A stretch of 64,000 bases of DNA from positions 15,872,001-15,936,000 of the forward strand of contig OZ024754.1 in the NCBI GenBank assembly GCA_964016885.1, read 5' to 3'. The notes beneath the pieces are model-generated. The model ran no database searches, had not been told where the DNA came from, and saw only the letters and a list, made by a program, of their open reading frames with translations. Position numbers and translations under genes: made by a program. Source of the DNA: Eledone cirrhosa. Its lineage: Eukaryota. Below, piece after piece: positions 1-29,124 of this stretch (position 1 is its first letter; each line of letters begins with the position of its first letter).

Positions 1-1354
1 CCCTAGTGTTTGGACAAATAACCATTCAGTGTGTCAGACTTTGCCAAGGGTTTGCAGTGTCTTCTCTCCTGCCATAATTTTCATGAACAGAATTGACATG
101 AACAGCCAGGTTAGAAGTAGTAGTACTAATACCAGTGGGTGTAGGATATATATATATAAACAGATACAGGGATAGCTGTGGTTAAGGAGCTAATTTGGCA
201 ATCATGCAATATTGAACTTTACAGAGTTAGCTGTGTGAATTTTAATGTAGAACCAACATTACCATCGTACAGCATAAATTTTATCATGGATCCAGTATTA
301 TTACTTTCCAGAATTAACTGGGTATATTTTATCATAGCACCAGCACTACCACTTTACAGGGTAGACTGGGGGCATTTTATTGTGGCACCAGTACTATTAA
401 TTTTGCAGAGTGCACTGGTTGCATTTTATTGTGACACCTAGTACTAGTAAAGTACTATCACTTTACAGAGTTTACTGAAGGAATTTTACCATGGCACCAA
501 TGCTACAACTTTCCTGAGTGCACGGGGGGGGGGGGATTTTATTGTGGCAGCAGCTCTACCACTTTACACCGTTAAATATATAAATATTTTATTTTTTAGG
601 TCGTATTTACCACCGTGATGAGCTCAAGTTATTTTTGACAAATCCAAAGAAATACGTGCCTGGTACAAGGTTGGTATTTGCTGGCATTAAAAAAAAAAGG
701 GAACGGGAAAGTCTTATAAAATATTTAATCTATTTGTGCAAGGAACATTAAAAAAGAGTTGATTGGAGGTGATTAAAATTTTGTAAAAGATTTTTTCTTT
801 ATTGGCCTTTCTTTACAACTGGAGCAATTGTGAGAAATCAAGATCAGATTTGTAAGCAGCTCTTTGTAATAACTATTCTCAGTGTCTTATAATTATTTTA
901 ACTAAGTCAAGCAATATAGTATATTCTGTGTAATAACACACTGGATTTTAGTTCATAACAGTTACAGTATATGCTTCTTAAAGATTAAATTACTATATTT
1001 CCCTTCCAATGTCTCTCTTTCTCAGAGATTAAAGTATATATCTCAATCTGTTGTTGTTATTCTTGTTGTTTTGCCCCAGGCCAGCCCTGATTGAGCAGCT
1101 TATCCAGAAATTGAGTCTTTTTTACAGCAAAGCAGATTTACAGGAAACCTACTCTCTTATATCACTAATGAGTGGGTCCTTGCTCTCGAGAAATCTGGCA
1201 AAAAACAATGTCATAGTATTTGATGATGCATGTCTGGTAAGAAAACATAAAAACCTCCAAGACGAGTTGCCTGTCTAAGGGATTCATCAGTCTCTCATTT
1301 CAGAAGCTTCGTGCTAGATCTCTTCGCTACCGCTTGCACCAGTGAAATTATCTT

Positions 1355-1976
1355 TATAATAATAATAATGAAAATATTGTGTACAGTGCTCAGGTGCACT
1401 ACAACTCATCAAAAGTGTATGTAAAGTACATAGGGTAGTGTACATACGTCAGGAAAATGAACAGAGCACGAGTCATGATATACACATAAATGAATGTGTA
1501 TGGAAGGGGGACATCAGGTGTAGTTTTGGTGAATTTCGGGAAGCATGAAGGTTTTAAAGGATGCAGTGTCTCGGCAGCTAACAACTGACGCAGGTAGTTT
1601 GTTTCATGCTTCAGCAACTCTAAGCGTGAAAAAATGTTTCCAAAAGTCATGGGAACTGTGCTGTTTTCTGACTGTAGGCATGTCCATGTGTGTTAGACAC
1701 ATGGAGATCAAAAAGGTGCTCAGGGTTGTTGTTGGCGAGATGGTTAATAACTTTGTGGGTGTTTACCAAGTCCATTGCCAGACGTCGGACCTTCAATGAA
1801 TCCATGCCCAGGGAAGCAAGGCGTTCAGAGTATGGTAGGTGTCTGATGGAGGGTATGCGCTTGGTTGCACGTCTCTGAACAGTTTCCAGGAGGTCAATGT
1901 TCTGAGCAAGATAGGGGTTTCAGACTGATGATGCGAATTCCAAGTGTGGTCATACCATAGCTGTATGACTGATGCC
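1355..1976 (-). mobile_element. 3' fragment of the same CR1 family
   Basis: Reverse complement of ~11590-12200 (e.g. GTACAGTGCTCAGGTGCACTACAACTCAT), with an (AAT)n tail. Confidence 0.9.
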
Positions 1977-3225
1977 AAGACCCCCCCCCCCCCCCCCCTC
2001 GGCGTTCTTATGCCTCGTAATACTCTTATCTATTTCCTGCGAAACTTTATAAGTGGAAGCATTCCTGTGACAATTTTCTTTATACATTAAAAAAACATAC
2101 ATGACAAAAAAAAAGAACATTACAAGAAATCCCATACGTTATAAAATAAATAGGATGGGGTTGGGGGTCTCAATATGTAAACTAAACTACTAATTCTCGT
2201 TTAAAAGAAAAAAAAGAAAATCAAGGGGGACAACCTAGAAAAATTATCGATTTTCCACCCACACCCTATTATTTGGGACCCGAGAGTATATGAACTCTTT
2301 TGTACACAAGGTTCAGTGACGTTCCCCACTGACTCACTCCTGTTCATGAACCGTTATCATTTTACATTCACCACCAACTATATACCAATACTATGTAGAT
2401 ACTAACCTTTCACAAAGAAACATCACCTTATAGCCTAGACACCTCAAACCAAACCTTCACATCTATAAAAGAGCCCTTGAAAAACAACCTACAATTAGAA
2501 CATCTTAAACTTGTCTGTCTACAATGCAGCCCTTTTATATAGCAAGGAAATAATCTTTCACCCTTTTGATAACAACTTGGCCAATTAGAGCTTTCTAGGA
2601 AACCCCCCAAAAAACTTATTATTTAAATTAAAATCTTCCAACAATGTGGTTGGTGGCAGGAAGAGCAACCAGACAGAAATAGTTCTATGTAAGCATGACA
2701 CGGTCACCCGACCCAACATGCCTCTAATGGGACAAACCCGTCTAACCCATGCTAGCGTGGAAAATAGACGTCAAGCGATGATGATGAACCATGTCGTTAC
2801 TATCTTAGTAATGAAATAATTTCAACAAAACACTCAAAATGTTTCATTAATTGAAATAGAGTATTTCATCTTTCTTTCGTACGAGACTGCAATCACATGA
2901 CATTCCCCAGGTAATGCAATCATTACATGATAGCGGGATTAGGGTATATGAAGTCCACACTCATAGGTGGTCTGAATTCTGCTGATGGATGCACCCCCAG
3001 TGGTGCATGGCTGCATTGAATTGGCCGACATCTGCATAGCCAATTCATACCCAGTCCCTCCAAGAGAGGTTAGTGCCTGATGGGAGAGCTGTATTGGGGG
3101 TTGACATTCAGTTAGGGCAGTCAAAATGTCAACCTCCTCATGGTAGGCCTTGGAAACTGATCAAGAAAACAACAGTGTATTTCATTAGAAATACAGTCAG
3201 GAAAGGGTGAAAAGAGATAGCTTAA

Positions 3226-3435
3226 CCCTTTAGCATTCACATTATTTTATATATACTATTATATTTTCATGGTAAAAAAGCTTCACCTTGCATAATTATC
3301 TCACATAATATCGAATCTGAGATTTTGAAAGTATTTATTTTGAAAACAATACCTTAACATCAGTTTGAGCAACCAGTTACAGCCAGTTTCAACAGAAAGA
3401 GGTAGAGAATTCTGGCCGGTTTGAACACTAAAGGG
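3226..3435. mobile_element. piggyBac-like MITE
   Basis: TTAA|CCCTTTAG...CTAAAGGG|TTAA. Confidence 0.75.
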
Positions 3436-3756
3436 TTAAAGTACGAGTGTGTGGCTGGAGAAAATTTATCAAAGCCCTATACATTCCATATGTATGAAGG
3501 AAAATATATTAGCCTCTTAATCCAACTAATTTGGTGAAATAAATTTATTAATACTATAGAAGAATATATATATATGTATATATATCATCATCATTTAACG
3601 TCCATCTTCCACACTAGCATGGGTTAGACGGTTTTGTTCCATTTGATGCTGGAAATGTAGAGAATAAAGGAAACTGAAACAGAGAAAGACATTTCCCTTC
3701 TTCGGTTGTCTACTGCTCGGATGTTTCAACGCATTATATATATATATATGTACATG

Positions 3757-4085
3757 TGAAGGTGCATGGCTTAGTGGTTAGAGCATCGGGCTTACAATCG
3801 TGAGGTTGTGAGTTGGATTCATGGATCGGGCTTTGCATTGTGTCCCTGAGCAAGACACTTTATTTCATGTTGCTCCAGTTTACTCAGCTGTAGAAATGAG
3901 TTGAGACATTACTGGTTCCAAGCTTTGCCTTTCCCTTGGACAACATCGATGGCATGGAGAGGGGAGGCTGATATGCATGGGTGACTGCTGGACTTCCACA
4001 AAACAACCTTGCCTGGACCTGTGCCTCGGAGGGGAACTTTCTAGGTGCAAATCTCATGGTCATTTTTGACCGAAGGGGGTCTTAA
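3757..4085 (+). mobile_element. SINE family B variant with a different 3' half (also ~48845-49140)
   Basis: Same tRNA-like head and GAGCAAGACACTTTATTTCA core, different tail. Confidence 0.75.
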
Positions 4086-4904
4086 AAATAATATATATAT
4101 CTACACACACAAAGTTTAAAGCTTGAGGTTAATTATTAGGGAAATACACATCATCATCATTTTACATCCACTTTTCCCTGCTTGCAAGGGTGGGACAGGT
4201 CCTCTTCACCACAGCATCTCTCCATTCGTCACGGTCCCTCGTCATCTCCTCTGTGAGCTTCAGTGGTAAGCTCTCACCACCTCCACCCATGTTTTTCATG
4301 GTCTTCCTCTACAACATCCAGTCCAAAATAAATGAGGTCGTGTAGGTGTCATGACAAAAAAAAAACACACAGTCCACGCTGTAATGTGGCCATGTAGGTA
4401 ACACGGTAAAAACCTCCCAGTCCACACCGTAAACGTGGTTGGTATTAGGAAGGGCATCCAGCCATAGAAAACCTGCCAGACAGTCCTATACGAGCGAGAC
4501 ACAGTCACCCAACCAATCTTGCCCCAAGTGGGACAGTTCCAGTCTAAACCCATGCTAGCGTGGAAGATAGACGTTAAACGATGATGATGATGATACACAT
4601 ATATACACACACAAAGTTTAAAGCTTAAGGTTAATTATTAAAGAAATATATAATATTACATAATATTAAGTTGGTAATGCCAAGTAATGGTACAAATTTA
4701 AAGTGATAGTAGTTGAAATAATAAATTGAGATGAAAGGCAATGGGTTGTGAGAAGGCATGCACACAAGTCTTTATTAATGTGGATGATGCACTGATGGGA
4801 ATCAATGAAAGAGATGAATAATGAATAATTAAACTTCAAAAGTGAGTTCAGCTGAAATCCTTGGGTTGACTAGGAGTGGGAATATGCTCACTGTTCATAA
4901 ATAG

Positions 4905-19155
<14,251 letters not shown>

Positions 19156-19879
19156 GCGGGGCTAGAAAAAACAAATGAAATAATAAACAATACTTATTGC
19201 AAGTATTTCAACCAGATTTCCAGTTTCAGGGTATCTCTCTCTCCCTTCCACCATTGTCAAAAGCACTCCCACCCACCCCTTTCTAAACAAGAAAAGGGAT
19301 GATCTCACCTCAAACCCCTTTTATCATTGCTCTGCTTGATCAGGGCTGATATGTCAGTGAAAGGGCCATGCTCAATATGTAGGCAAGGAGTAGGTAGAAA
19401 CTCTTTACAGTGTATCCAGTGTGTACAGGAAGTGAATTGGGATTTTAGGTAGGCTGACTGCACAAATGTAGTCAGCATTAAGATTACATGTTAAATTAAT
19501 TCCTTGAAATGGCTCACTAGAAATGTCTAGGTGACTTAATGAACAGGGGAGGATGGTTGTACTGAAAGTACAATAACCAAATTATATATATATAAATATT
19601 TAAGCACCAGAACCACACCAAGTGAACTAAGAACACTCATGTGCTGACTGTTTTGCTATATTTAACTACTTGAAAATAGTGAAGAATTGCTAATTTGGGG
19701 ATAATTATTATAAACATAGACTTAAAATAAAGAGATTGTATAGCATTGTGCAAAATGTAAACTTTATAGTGTTTTTCCAGGATATAATTGAATGTGGTAG
19801 CAAAGTTTAAGAAGAGTGTCAGGTGCTCTTTCGTTTTAAGTCTCTTAAGTATCACCAGAAATTTGGTAATCTTTGTACA

Positions 19880-20360
19880 TCTTCGCCCACTTATTCCTGA
19901 GAGGGTTGTGGAGGCAGAGTCCTCAAACACCCCTTCCAGTGGATCCTGTCAGAAGCAACCGTCTCCAACTGATCCGGCTGGATCCCTAAGCGAGACCAGC
20001 CAAGCTCATGGATGTTGTCCAACTATTCTGATCAGGGTCTATCCCTGGTCCTCCTGACTGTTGGTTTTGCCTGTAAAATCTGTCCCACGATTCTTTCCGG
20101 AGACATTCTAATCACATGCCCATAGTATCGGAGCTGTGATCTCTCAAATTGGAGGAGTAGCGGCTCTACCTGGAGGGAGTCTGATCTCTGAGCTACACAC
20201 TATTGAGTAACATTACTCGAAAGACCTTCAGCCACTTGTATTTGCAATTGTATTCTTTCGGTCATTACCCAAGATTCATGACCATAGGTAAGGATGAGCA
20301 TGAAAACAAAATTGAAGACAGCGAGTTCAGATTTTACGCCTACCTCCTGTCTTCTGATTA
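19880..20360 (-). mobile_element. decayed RTE-like LINE 3' fragment (second family)
   Basis: Translates ILTYGHESWVMTERI; related to 47200-47590 and 53500-53750. Confidence 0.75.
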
Positions 20361-22670
20361 CTGAATGCTGAAGCTGGCGAGTGTAGATGATCAAATAATA
20401 AGATAACACTGGACACTACCTGATTGACCTGTGTAATGTAAATTCTGAATGATTTATTAGAAAAAAGGAAATGATAGCAATTGATATTATTGAAGACGCA
20501 GTAGAGGAAGAGAATGAAAAATATGGGTGGAGGTGGTGAGTGCTTACCTCAGATCACTGAAGCTCACAGAGATGACGAGGGACTGTGACGAATGGAGAGA
20601 TGCTATGCTGAAGAGGACCCGTCCCACCCTTGCAAGCAGGGAAAAGCGGACGAAAAATGATGATGAATGTAAAATTAAATTGTTTGATAATACAAGGGTT
20701 GTTACGGAAAAGTTCATAGGTTGACTATGAGGGAGTGATGCTAGAGCTGTGAAATCTTGCATTAATTTCAACTCTTCTTTTTACTGGCTGCATTGTTTCT
20801 TTCCAGGGACTATGAAACAAACCTCATTTGGTTATTGGAGAATATCTTGGTCAGCCTATGAAGGAGTGATGCTAGAACTATGAAATCTTGCATGCATTAA
20901 TTTCAACTCTTCTTTTTTATTGACTGCATTGTTTCTTTCGAGGGACCATGTTGAAAAATAAATCCCATTTGGTCATCCTATGGATGACCAAATGGGATTT
21001 TTCAGCCGACATTACATCTATGAAATGAATGTAAATTAAATTAAGTTTCTCGTAAAGAAGGGCATCCAGCCATAGGAATCAAACCAAAATCAGTTTTGTG
21101 TGAGCGAATCAGTCCCCCGACTTGATTTCTCACAAAGGGACAGCCCGTCCTGCCCATGTTAGCATGGAAGATGGACGTTAAACGATGATGATGTATTTCA
21201 TAAAATGAATGAAAATGTTTTGCTGATGAGTTCAACACCATATGAACATTTTCAAATGTCTGTGTTAGAGATATACAATGGCCTGGTTAGCAGCAAGTCC
21301 AAAGGGATAAAGTGTTCATAAGTGATGGCTTATCTCACTAAAATGTTGCTCGTTCACCATCGTGAACTTCTTGATAAATAGAGACAAAGTTATAGTTTCA
21401 AATTCCAACTATCAAATCAGTCACACACACACACACATATACACCAGGTCCGAACACAAAGGAACCAAACTCCCACTGTCATCGCCTCCGTCTCTCCCCA
21501 TCTCTCACTATTATGAGCAAATGGGGTTCCACACGCTGGTCGCCCTGCGGAGAGAATAGAGATACTAAAAACTAAAAAGTGATACTTAGAACAGACTCAA
21601 AACGAAAGATCTAAAGTTTTGGAAAAGTGTAATTTTGACGATTTTTCTAGAATATTCAAGTTTATATCTGTTTTATTTAGGTGTTAACAATAGGCATAGT
21701 ATAAACTAGTAATATACCTATTTTTAGTTTGCATTAAAATATAAACTGAAAAGGCAAACGTTATTATTTAGATGACAATCATTTCATTCGCTTGTTAATA
21801 TAAAAAAATGAAATTTATAGCTCATGAAGGTTTAGCTGGCCTCGTTCAAGGTTGCATCTCATAGAAGAGATTTCTCAGGTGTTTTAATGATAGGAGCCGC
21901 AGTCTTATCACAAAAGGCAACATGAAATGAAGGGTTTTGTTCAAAAGCACAACGCCTAGTTCAGGGATTGAACCTGCGAACTTACGTTTCATACCCTAAT
22001 TACCAGGCCACACGCATTCAAAATGTTATTTAGATGAAAATAAGCTAAATTCTTATCATTATACTGTCTCCTTTTGGAGAGTTAGGATCGTGAAAAAGCC
22101 CCCCAAATCCCCAGAAATTTCACCCTCAAAGGGAGAAGAGAGGTGTAATAAAAGAATTACAGAAAATAATCGTTGATCATAAAAAAAAAATGTTATAATA
22201 ATTAAGAATATGTAAATTCAAATTAATTCGATCCATTAAAAACAATATAAAAATATATATCAGGTTTTTTTTGTTTGTTTTTATTTCGTGTGAACATTCT
22301 GCCGTTTTAAAAAGATGGGTGTGGTCAGTATTTGATTAAATACTTCTGCTAAGCTTGGTTGGCATAGGAAACCTCCCACGAAACATACATGTATATAGAA
22401 TTATCTCTAGATTATTGTGGAGACTATCCAAAAACTCCGTGGCATTACATTAATTGTCTGAGAGAGAGGACATTTTAAAACTGATCGTAAAAATAAAAAA
22501 AATAGCGACCAAGATTGGAGGTGAAATAAATTGTCAAGGATCTATCAACAGTAATAAAGTGTTTCAATTCGTGGATGCCATGAAAATATTCAACAGAAAT
22601 ATTTAACTGTACTGTAGCTGATCTTTCCCCCCACTTCTTGTTTCATTTTTAGCCCCTCTCCCTCGTTTCT

Positions 22671-22704
<34 letters not shown>

Positions 22705-22928
22705 AGTGGTATTAGATACCGTTTTCAGTCTGTCATGGGTTACCAGCTTTACAAAGAAGTTTAAATAAAATAAATATTTTAGTTCTCAACATTTAAAAAA
22801 AAAATTCAGATGCAAGAATCTTTGAAAATTTAACAATTTCAAATCTAGTTGATTATTAATTGACAAACGTTGTTGGATAGTGGGAGTAAGAAGACGGACG
22901 TTTTAAGATATAAACAATCTACGATTAC

Positions 22929-23100
22929 CTGTGGATATATATTATCGATTAAGTACGGTTGAAGAGGGATGAAACGCATGTCCATAAGAATTGTTGAGGA
23001 ACGGAAAAGAGCAGGAAATTTCGAGGTCAAAAATATACGCAAGAGATACGAATGAATTTCTGAGCAAGCCAAGATCGACAGGCAGAGATAGGCTTAGAGA
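22929..23100 (-). other. candidate non-coding first exon of CNOT9
   Basis: Non-repetitive, relatively CpG-rich segment ending in CAG/GTAATC on the minus strand. Coding exon 1 has an acceptor 6 nt upstream of the ATG, so an upstream exon must exist. The 5' boundary is a guess. Confidence 0.45.
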
Positions 23101-25400
23101 CAAACAAATTTACTAAATACGTCAGAGAACTGAGAACTTCCCAACAGTTTCGATTTTAAATACTTTCCAGCCTTCCCTGTCTAATTTATTCACTTTAACC
23201 GCAAACATTTATTGGTTCTCGCATTTCTGTTATGAATCTATTGTTTTTTTTTTACGATTGTTAAATACTGGATTATAATTTTCATGAAATAAATAAAGCA
23301 ATTAATTTTGTAGATATATTTAAATAAAGAAATGAAAAAAGGGTATATATTTACCTGCTGCGCTGTACTAATTGTATGCATTATATAAAGAAGGCAAAAA
23401 CAAGATGTAGCGGAAGTACTTAGTCTGCAGTGAATTTACTCTTCACCCCTACCCACCCTACTCTGTTAGTGTCATATAATTTGTTCTAATTGCACTGTTT
23501 GTAACTTGTGATCTAGCTTTCACATTAGTGTTTATGTTACTCTGTTTCTATTGTATGGTGTAGTTCTCACGTCCCCTAATTTGTTACGGCAAATAATGGC
23601 TTCAAATTAAAGCACAAGGTCAGCAATGTTGGGGAGGGGAAAGTCAATTAAACGTTCCTAGTACTTGGATCGACAGAAAGATAAAATAAACGTTAGCCTC
23701 GGGGTAGGATTTGAACTCAGAATGTAAAGAGTCGTAAATGCTGCAAAACATTTTTTACGATGCTTTAACGATTCAGCCAACCAACCACCTTTATACTCTA
23801 ATTATATAACACAACAGCTAACTTAATATTTTCATACATTACATAGTTTTAGTTGTTGTTTTTTTATAGGTGTAGCGGAAGTAGTCAGTCTGCAGTAAAT
23901 TTCTTCATTATTTGCACTTCATTTAGTCTTAACATAATACTTCGTCTGTGTATAAACTATAAACTGGATACGTATTAATTGGTACAGTTTCGGAATAAAC
24001 ATCCCAAGTAAAAGCTTTTTACAGGGTTTTTATCTTTTCTTGTTTTCCAGTATACTTCAGATGAAATATGCAGACAGATTCTCTTATCAGAAGTGTTTTA
24101 GATTATAAAATATTTGTTACACATCTATAAAATGGACAGATTAGAGGTGGAACCGAAGCTTAAACACGATATCGATTTACATTTCATAATATAGCTTATA
24201 TATCCTAAAAGTAGTTTTATATAGTCATGTCAGCATAAAGAAAACTTTTGGATTAACACACTCGTTTAATTTTTCATTTTGGCAGAATTTTGGAACCAAG
24301 CATTGCACGTAGATGTCAGTAACTTTTTTTTTATGTGAGGGACATTTGGTTGCTATTTCTGGTATTTGGGGAAAACACATAGAGAACCTCTGGCTAAATC
24401 GTGGAATAACAGAAAGAAGGGCATGTTTGTGATGTGACGGAGATTTGGCTGCTATTTGTATGTCCAGCGAATATGTAGGGACTCTCTTGTGAGAAATAGT
24501 AAACAGGAGAGTATGATGTGATGGAGATTTAACTTCCATTTCTAGTATGTCAAGAGCACATTGAGGCCCCATTATTAGTTTGTGGGGAAATAGTAGACGG
24601 GGTGTGATGTGAGGTGGGATTTGGCTGCTATTTCTAGTATGTCGATCGACCATGTAGAGGCATTTTGGTAGGTCGTGAGGAATGACTTGGTGTTTTTCTT
24701 TTTTTCGAAAATTATTTTAATTATATATGTTAAACATGAAATAAGCACACCCGACTAAAGTGTATTTTACTGGAAATACGGTAATGAAATTGTTAAACAA
24801 ACAACGAGGAGAAAAGAAAATTAAATGAAAGAAAAATGTATATTTTCATAGCAAAATAACTATTCTGAGAATAATACAACTTCCGGTTAAATGAAGTCAT
24901 AATTTCAACCTGACATTTTTAAAAAATAAATATTTCAAATGGTAATTCATTACTCAGTTTATTCGAAATATTTGTGATAACCATCAGAAATCTTTTTGAA
25001 ATATATTATATTCAACATAAAGAAACAATTAAAAGATTTTCTTCAAGATAGCAGTAGTTCCGCAGCAAGTATTACGAATGAGGAAACCAAAATAACAAAT
25101 GCTAAATATTGAATTCTATTTATTATAATAATAATTCTGCTTTGATAGACTTGTCTGATTTAATCAGAATCACTATTTTCCTCACACCGAACTCAAACTT
25201 CATTCTGTTATCGTATTATAACTTTGTTCTCTACAATGAGAGCACTTTGGCAAAATAAACAGTAATTAAGACGATGTCGAAACGAAGATCTTTCTATAGA
25301 AATGGGAGAGATATTGTTTTTGGTTTGCTTTACACAATCTTTATATCGCACTAAACTAGACTAAAACCTGCTTATATCTCTATAGCTATGTTGCCAAAAT
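23100..25400. promoter_or_regulatory. putative divergent promoter region CNOT9/ATG9A
   Basis: Lies between the divergently oriented 5' ends; ETS-like CGGAAGT motifs at ~23411 and ~23876, and ACTTCCGG at ~24879. Confidence 0.4.
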
Positions 25401-25561
25401 ATCTGGCCGAGACTAACCCTTTTTATTACCAGAAAGATGTTTGATATTTCTGTGATGTTCGTTGGGATTCTTGGATGAAGGGAACCAATTATATATATAT
25501 CGACCTGCAATAAATACCATTTATTATTACTATTATTATTATTATACCCCTGAAACCAAAG
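25380..25561 (+). other. candidate non-coding first exon of ATG9A
   Basis: Consensus donor AAG/GTAAGT at 25561/25562 in unique sequence; start position is a guess. Confidence 0.4.
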
Positions 25562-26371
25562 GTAAGTGATCGAAAATTTTGGTATTACTGAGTAATAATG
25601 ATAATGTTTTATAATAACGAAATAATCGAGGAATAATGTTTGCTTTAATGTTCCAAGCTTTCAATTAAAAAATACTAGTATCGATTCCTGGTATCCTCCT
25701 GTCTTTTGTTACCATATTTCTAATGAATGACAGACACTGCCTGTGGTTATCAAATAATTTTGAAAATAACCAAGAATTTAGAGGGATTTAGCGATATTAC
25801 GAACGAACGAACGTTCTTACTATGTTGGTGTTTGGAACATAACTTAAAGGTTCTTACATAAAACTATGATGCAATTTCTTTAGATAAATATAAACACTTT
25901 CAAATAAATAATTTTGTATTGTAAAACTAAAGGCCGTTTCGTAACAAAACGGTTAGTCACCGTCTTTATTAAACTGTGGGGGTTTAAATGTTAATAAAGT
26001 GCCAGTCAAGTACTTGGTCCCTTCCCTCAAATTGCTGGCCTTGTGTCTAAATTAGAAACTATTATTGTTATTGTTCATCTGTTGCTAATATTTACATTCG
26101 CCTGTCCTAAAATGTGTACGAAATCCCTTTGTAAGATGTTTACTTTGTCTACTACGTATAAGCTGTTTACTGGCAGGTATTCATTTTTTTATGGTAATGT
26201 AGATTTTTGTTTAGTTCTTATTTCTTTTTCTCAATCGTTGCTCTATTTGCTAATAATACCTTTAACCTTTGTTTTTGTTATTTATGTGTATTGTTCCTAC
26301 TGTTGCACATATTGGAGACGAATTTTGTTTATCGTGAACTCGTGCGCCGATTTTTCGATACTCGATTATTC

Positions 26372-26407
<36 letters not shown>

Positions 26408-27168
26408 ATTTCCTTCGAATGAAACAGTTCTAGTCCTGTAGAAGCCATTTTTATATTAAATGTTGTATATACTCTACTAATGTATTGAGTACCTTACTTA
26501 TTGTGGTTACTCCCGATTGAATCAGGGACTCACACACATTATATATATACACATAAGTAGTTGCTGTTTTGACACCTAATTGAGCCTGAAATTAGCTGTC
26601 GAAACGGCAGAGTTCAGCCATCGGGCCCCGAGTTTTTATAATATAGTTACACTCTACTTTCCTGAGCATTGAGAACTCTGTTGAATAATGGTCTTACTGT
26701 CCCTAATACAGCCTATTTCATATACAGACTGATACATATGTGTACATACATACATACTGATACATATGTGCATGCACATATACATACATACATACAAATA
26801 TATATATATATACACACACACACATACAATTAAATGTATATATATATATTTAATTTACAACATTATACACTAATTGTCTCTAATACGTAAACATCTCAAT
26901 GAAAGGATAAGATGTATCAATATATTGATAAATCAATAAACCAGTCAGAGAAATATTAAAAATATTAAATTTAGGCCCAAATCATACTTTGCTGGGGGGT
27001 ACAAATCAAATTGAGTAAAGGAAACCAATTCCAACGTATATAGTGCCCCAACTATGGTTTCAAAAACTAAAGGAGACAGAAGGTGGAATTTCAAGACATT
27101 GGAATAAACCATATTGGGGAGAGCTGAAGTTTTATCAGGAAGCGAGTTCATCAAAGAATATAGGATAA

Positions 27169-27210
<42 letters not shown>

Positions 27211-29124
27211 CGGAAGAAATGGGGTAAGGAACCAGGTGGACCATAACGCACCAAAGTACTCAATACTTAGGGTAGTAGAGTGGGTGATAGGAACGAGTAG
27301 GACCCCGACGGCTGAGCTCAAGCCGTTAACACGGCTTCTACGGGACTAGAACTGTTTCATTCTAAGGAAATCATTAGGACTGGGCTTTAGTCCTGTAGAA
27401 GCCATTTCTATACTAAATCTTGTAATACTCTACTATGTATTGAGTACCTTACTGTGGTTCCCCCCGATTGAACCCAGGACATATATATATATATATATAG
27501 ATATATATATATTTATATCAGAAGATAAAAAGGGAAAAACATTTTGATTAGCCTTTCCATTTGGGGCAGTTTTAGCTCATGATCGGGTCCCTAGTCTTTC
27601 CCATATTTCGAATCACCTCTGGTACTTAAATCTTTCATCCCCACTACACGAAAAAGACAACAAATATAGGGGTGCCCCAATAATTCTGTATAATCACCCT
27701 TATGAATAATACGGCTCTGGTTCCATTATTTTATCATTCAAACATTTCAACCTTCACTACCACCGTCGTTTATTCCACAATCTATGACATAGGTGATGAG
27801 AACAACACCTGCAATCAACCATAAGGTGAGGAGCACTGTACAATACATTCAACTATAAACACATCAGCCTTCATTACCATCACCACCACCACCACCAACA
27901 ACAAAAATAACATCATCATCATCATCACCAGTCAAAGTAATAACAGTCATTTAAAAAATCATTTTGCGCTGTCTTCTCTGAATTGCTACATATGTTTGTC
28001 TGGACACAAACACACACAGTATAACTTGTACATACATACATATATATATGTATATAGAGATATATACATACATACATATATATATGTATATAGAGATATA
28101 TACATACATACATATATATGTATATACATGTTTGTATGTATATATTTACGTTGACATGTATATGGTTGTCAGAAAATGTCTATTCCATTGTTTACATTCC
28201 ATCTACTACTTATGAAGGTTTGTCGTTTGTCTGTTTATATTTTTCCCAGGGCTAAACCACGTAAAGATTTTAAATAGAAATACATATAATTTGTTTGAAA
28301 TTAGTTGAGCATATCATGTATATGTATTTTGTTGACGTATTAACAGTGGATTACTGTATGACTAATTAAATTCTTTAGTTGATAGTTTGACCTCTATACC
28401 AAGAACCTTTTTATTTAATTGTCTTTTCTGTGGGCACACCCTCTCGAATTATTCCTCTACTAGATTGTTACACAGTGAGAATAACAACGGAAAGTGACAT
28501 ATGTTTATACTTATAGAAGAGTGGATACCAAAAAGTGTATCTATATTATGTTTATAACACATTATTTGTTATTTTGAACTTAGTTGAACGACCCCGCAGT
28601 TCTACCTTTTGGGGCCCCTGCTGTAAGTTTAAGATCTGAAATTTCACCCACATATTCTTTCACTTGATTCTTTGTGGGTTCAATTCCTGGCTAATGCTGC
28701 ACGTGTTCTTGGTCCCTGTCATTAAAGCACCTGAGAAAACTATGAGATGCAACCTCGTAGGAGGTCAGCTAAACCTGCATAGGTGTGAGGATGTAAAGTA
28801 GATTAGAGAATGTTATTTACCAGTATAAATATTAAACAACAAACATTTTGACAGTTACATAGGTTGAAACATATACTATCAACATCCAGTGTCAGGTGAG
28901 AGACATAAGTTAAGAGAAGTGGTGATGATAGTATGTAAAGATAGAACCAATTGAGAGGGAGCTTGAAATTGTTTTAATTGTCATGAAACTACTTAAAAGT
29001 GCAAGAGGTCTAGTAAGAAGTTTAAGTTGTACATGATTGCTGCAGTTAATGTAGTGCTTGAAGTGTTGTGGGGGTTAGTGTGTTAAAATAGTTTAAAATA
29101 GCAGGTTGCTTTACTTGTCACACT

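Noticed and set aside
605-670. GTGATGAG...GAAAT hammerhead-like motif
   Set aside because: The core C is missing and stems II and III cannot be formed convincingly.
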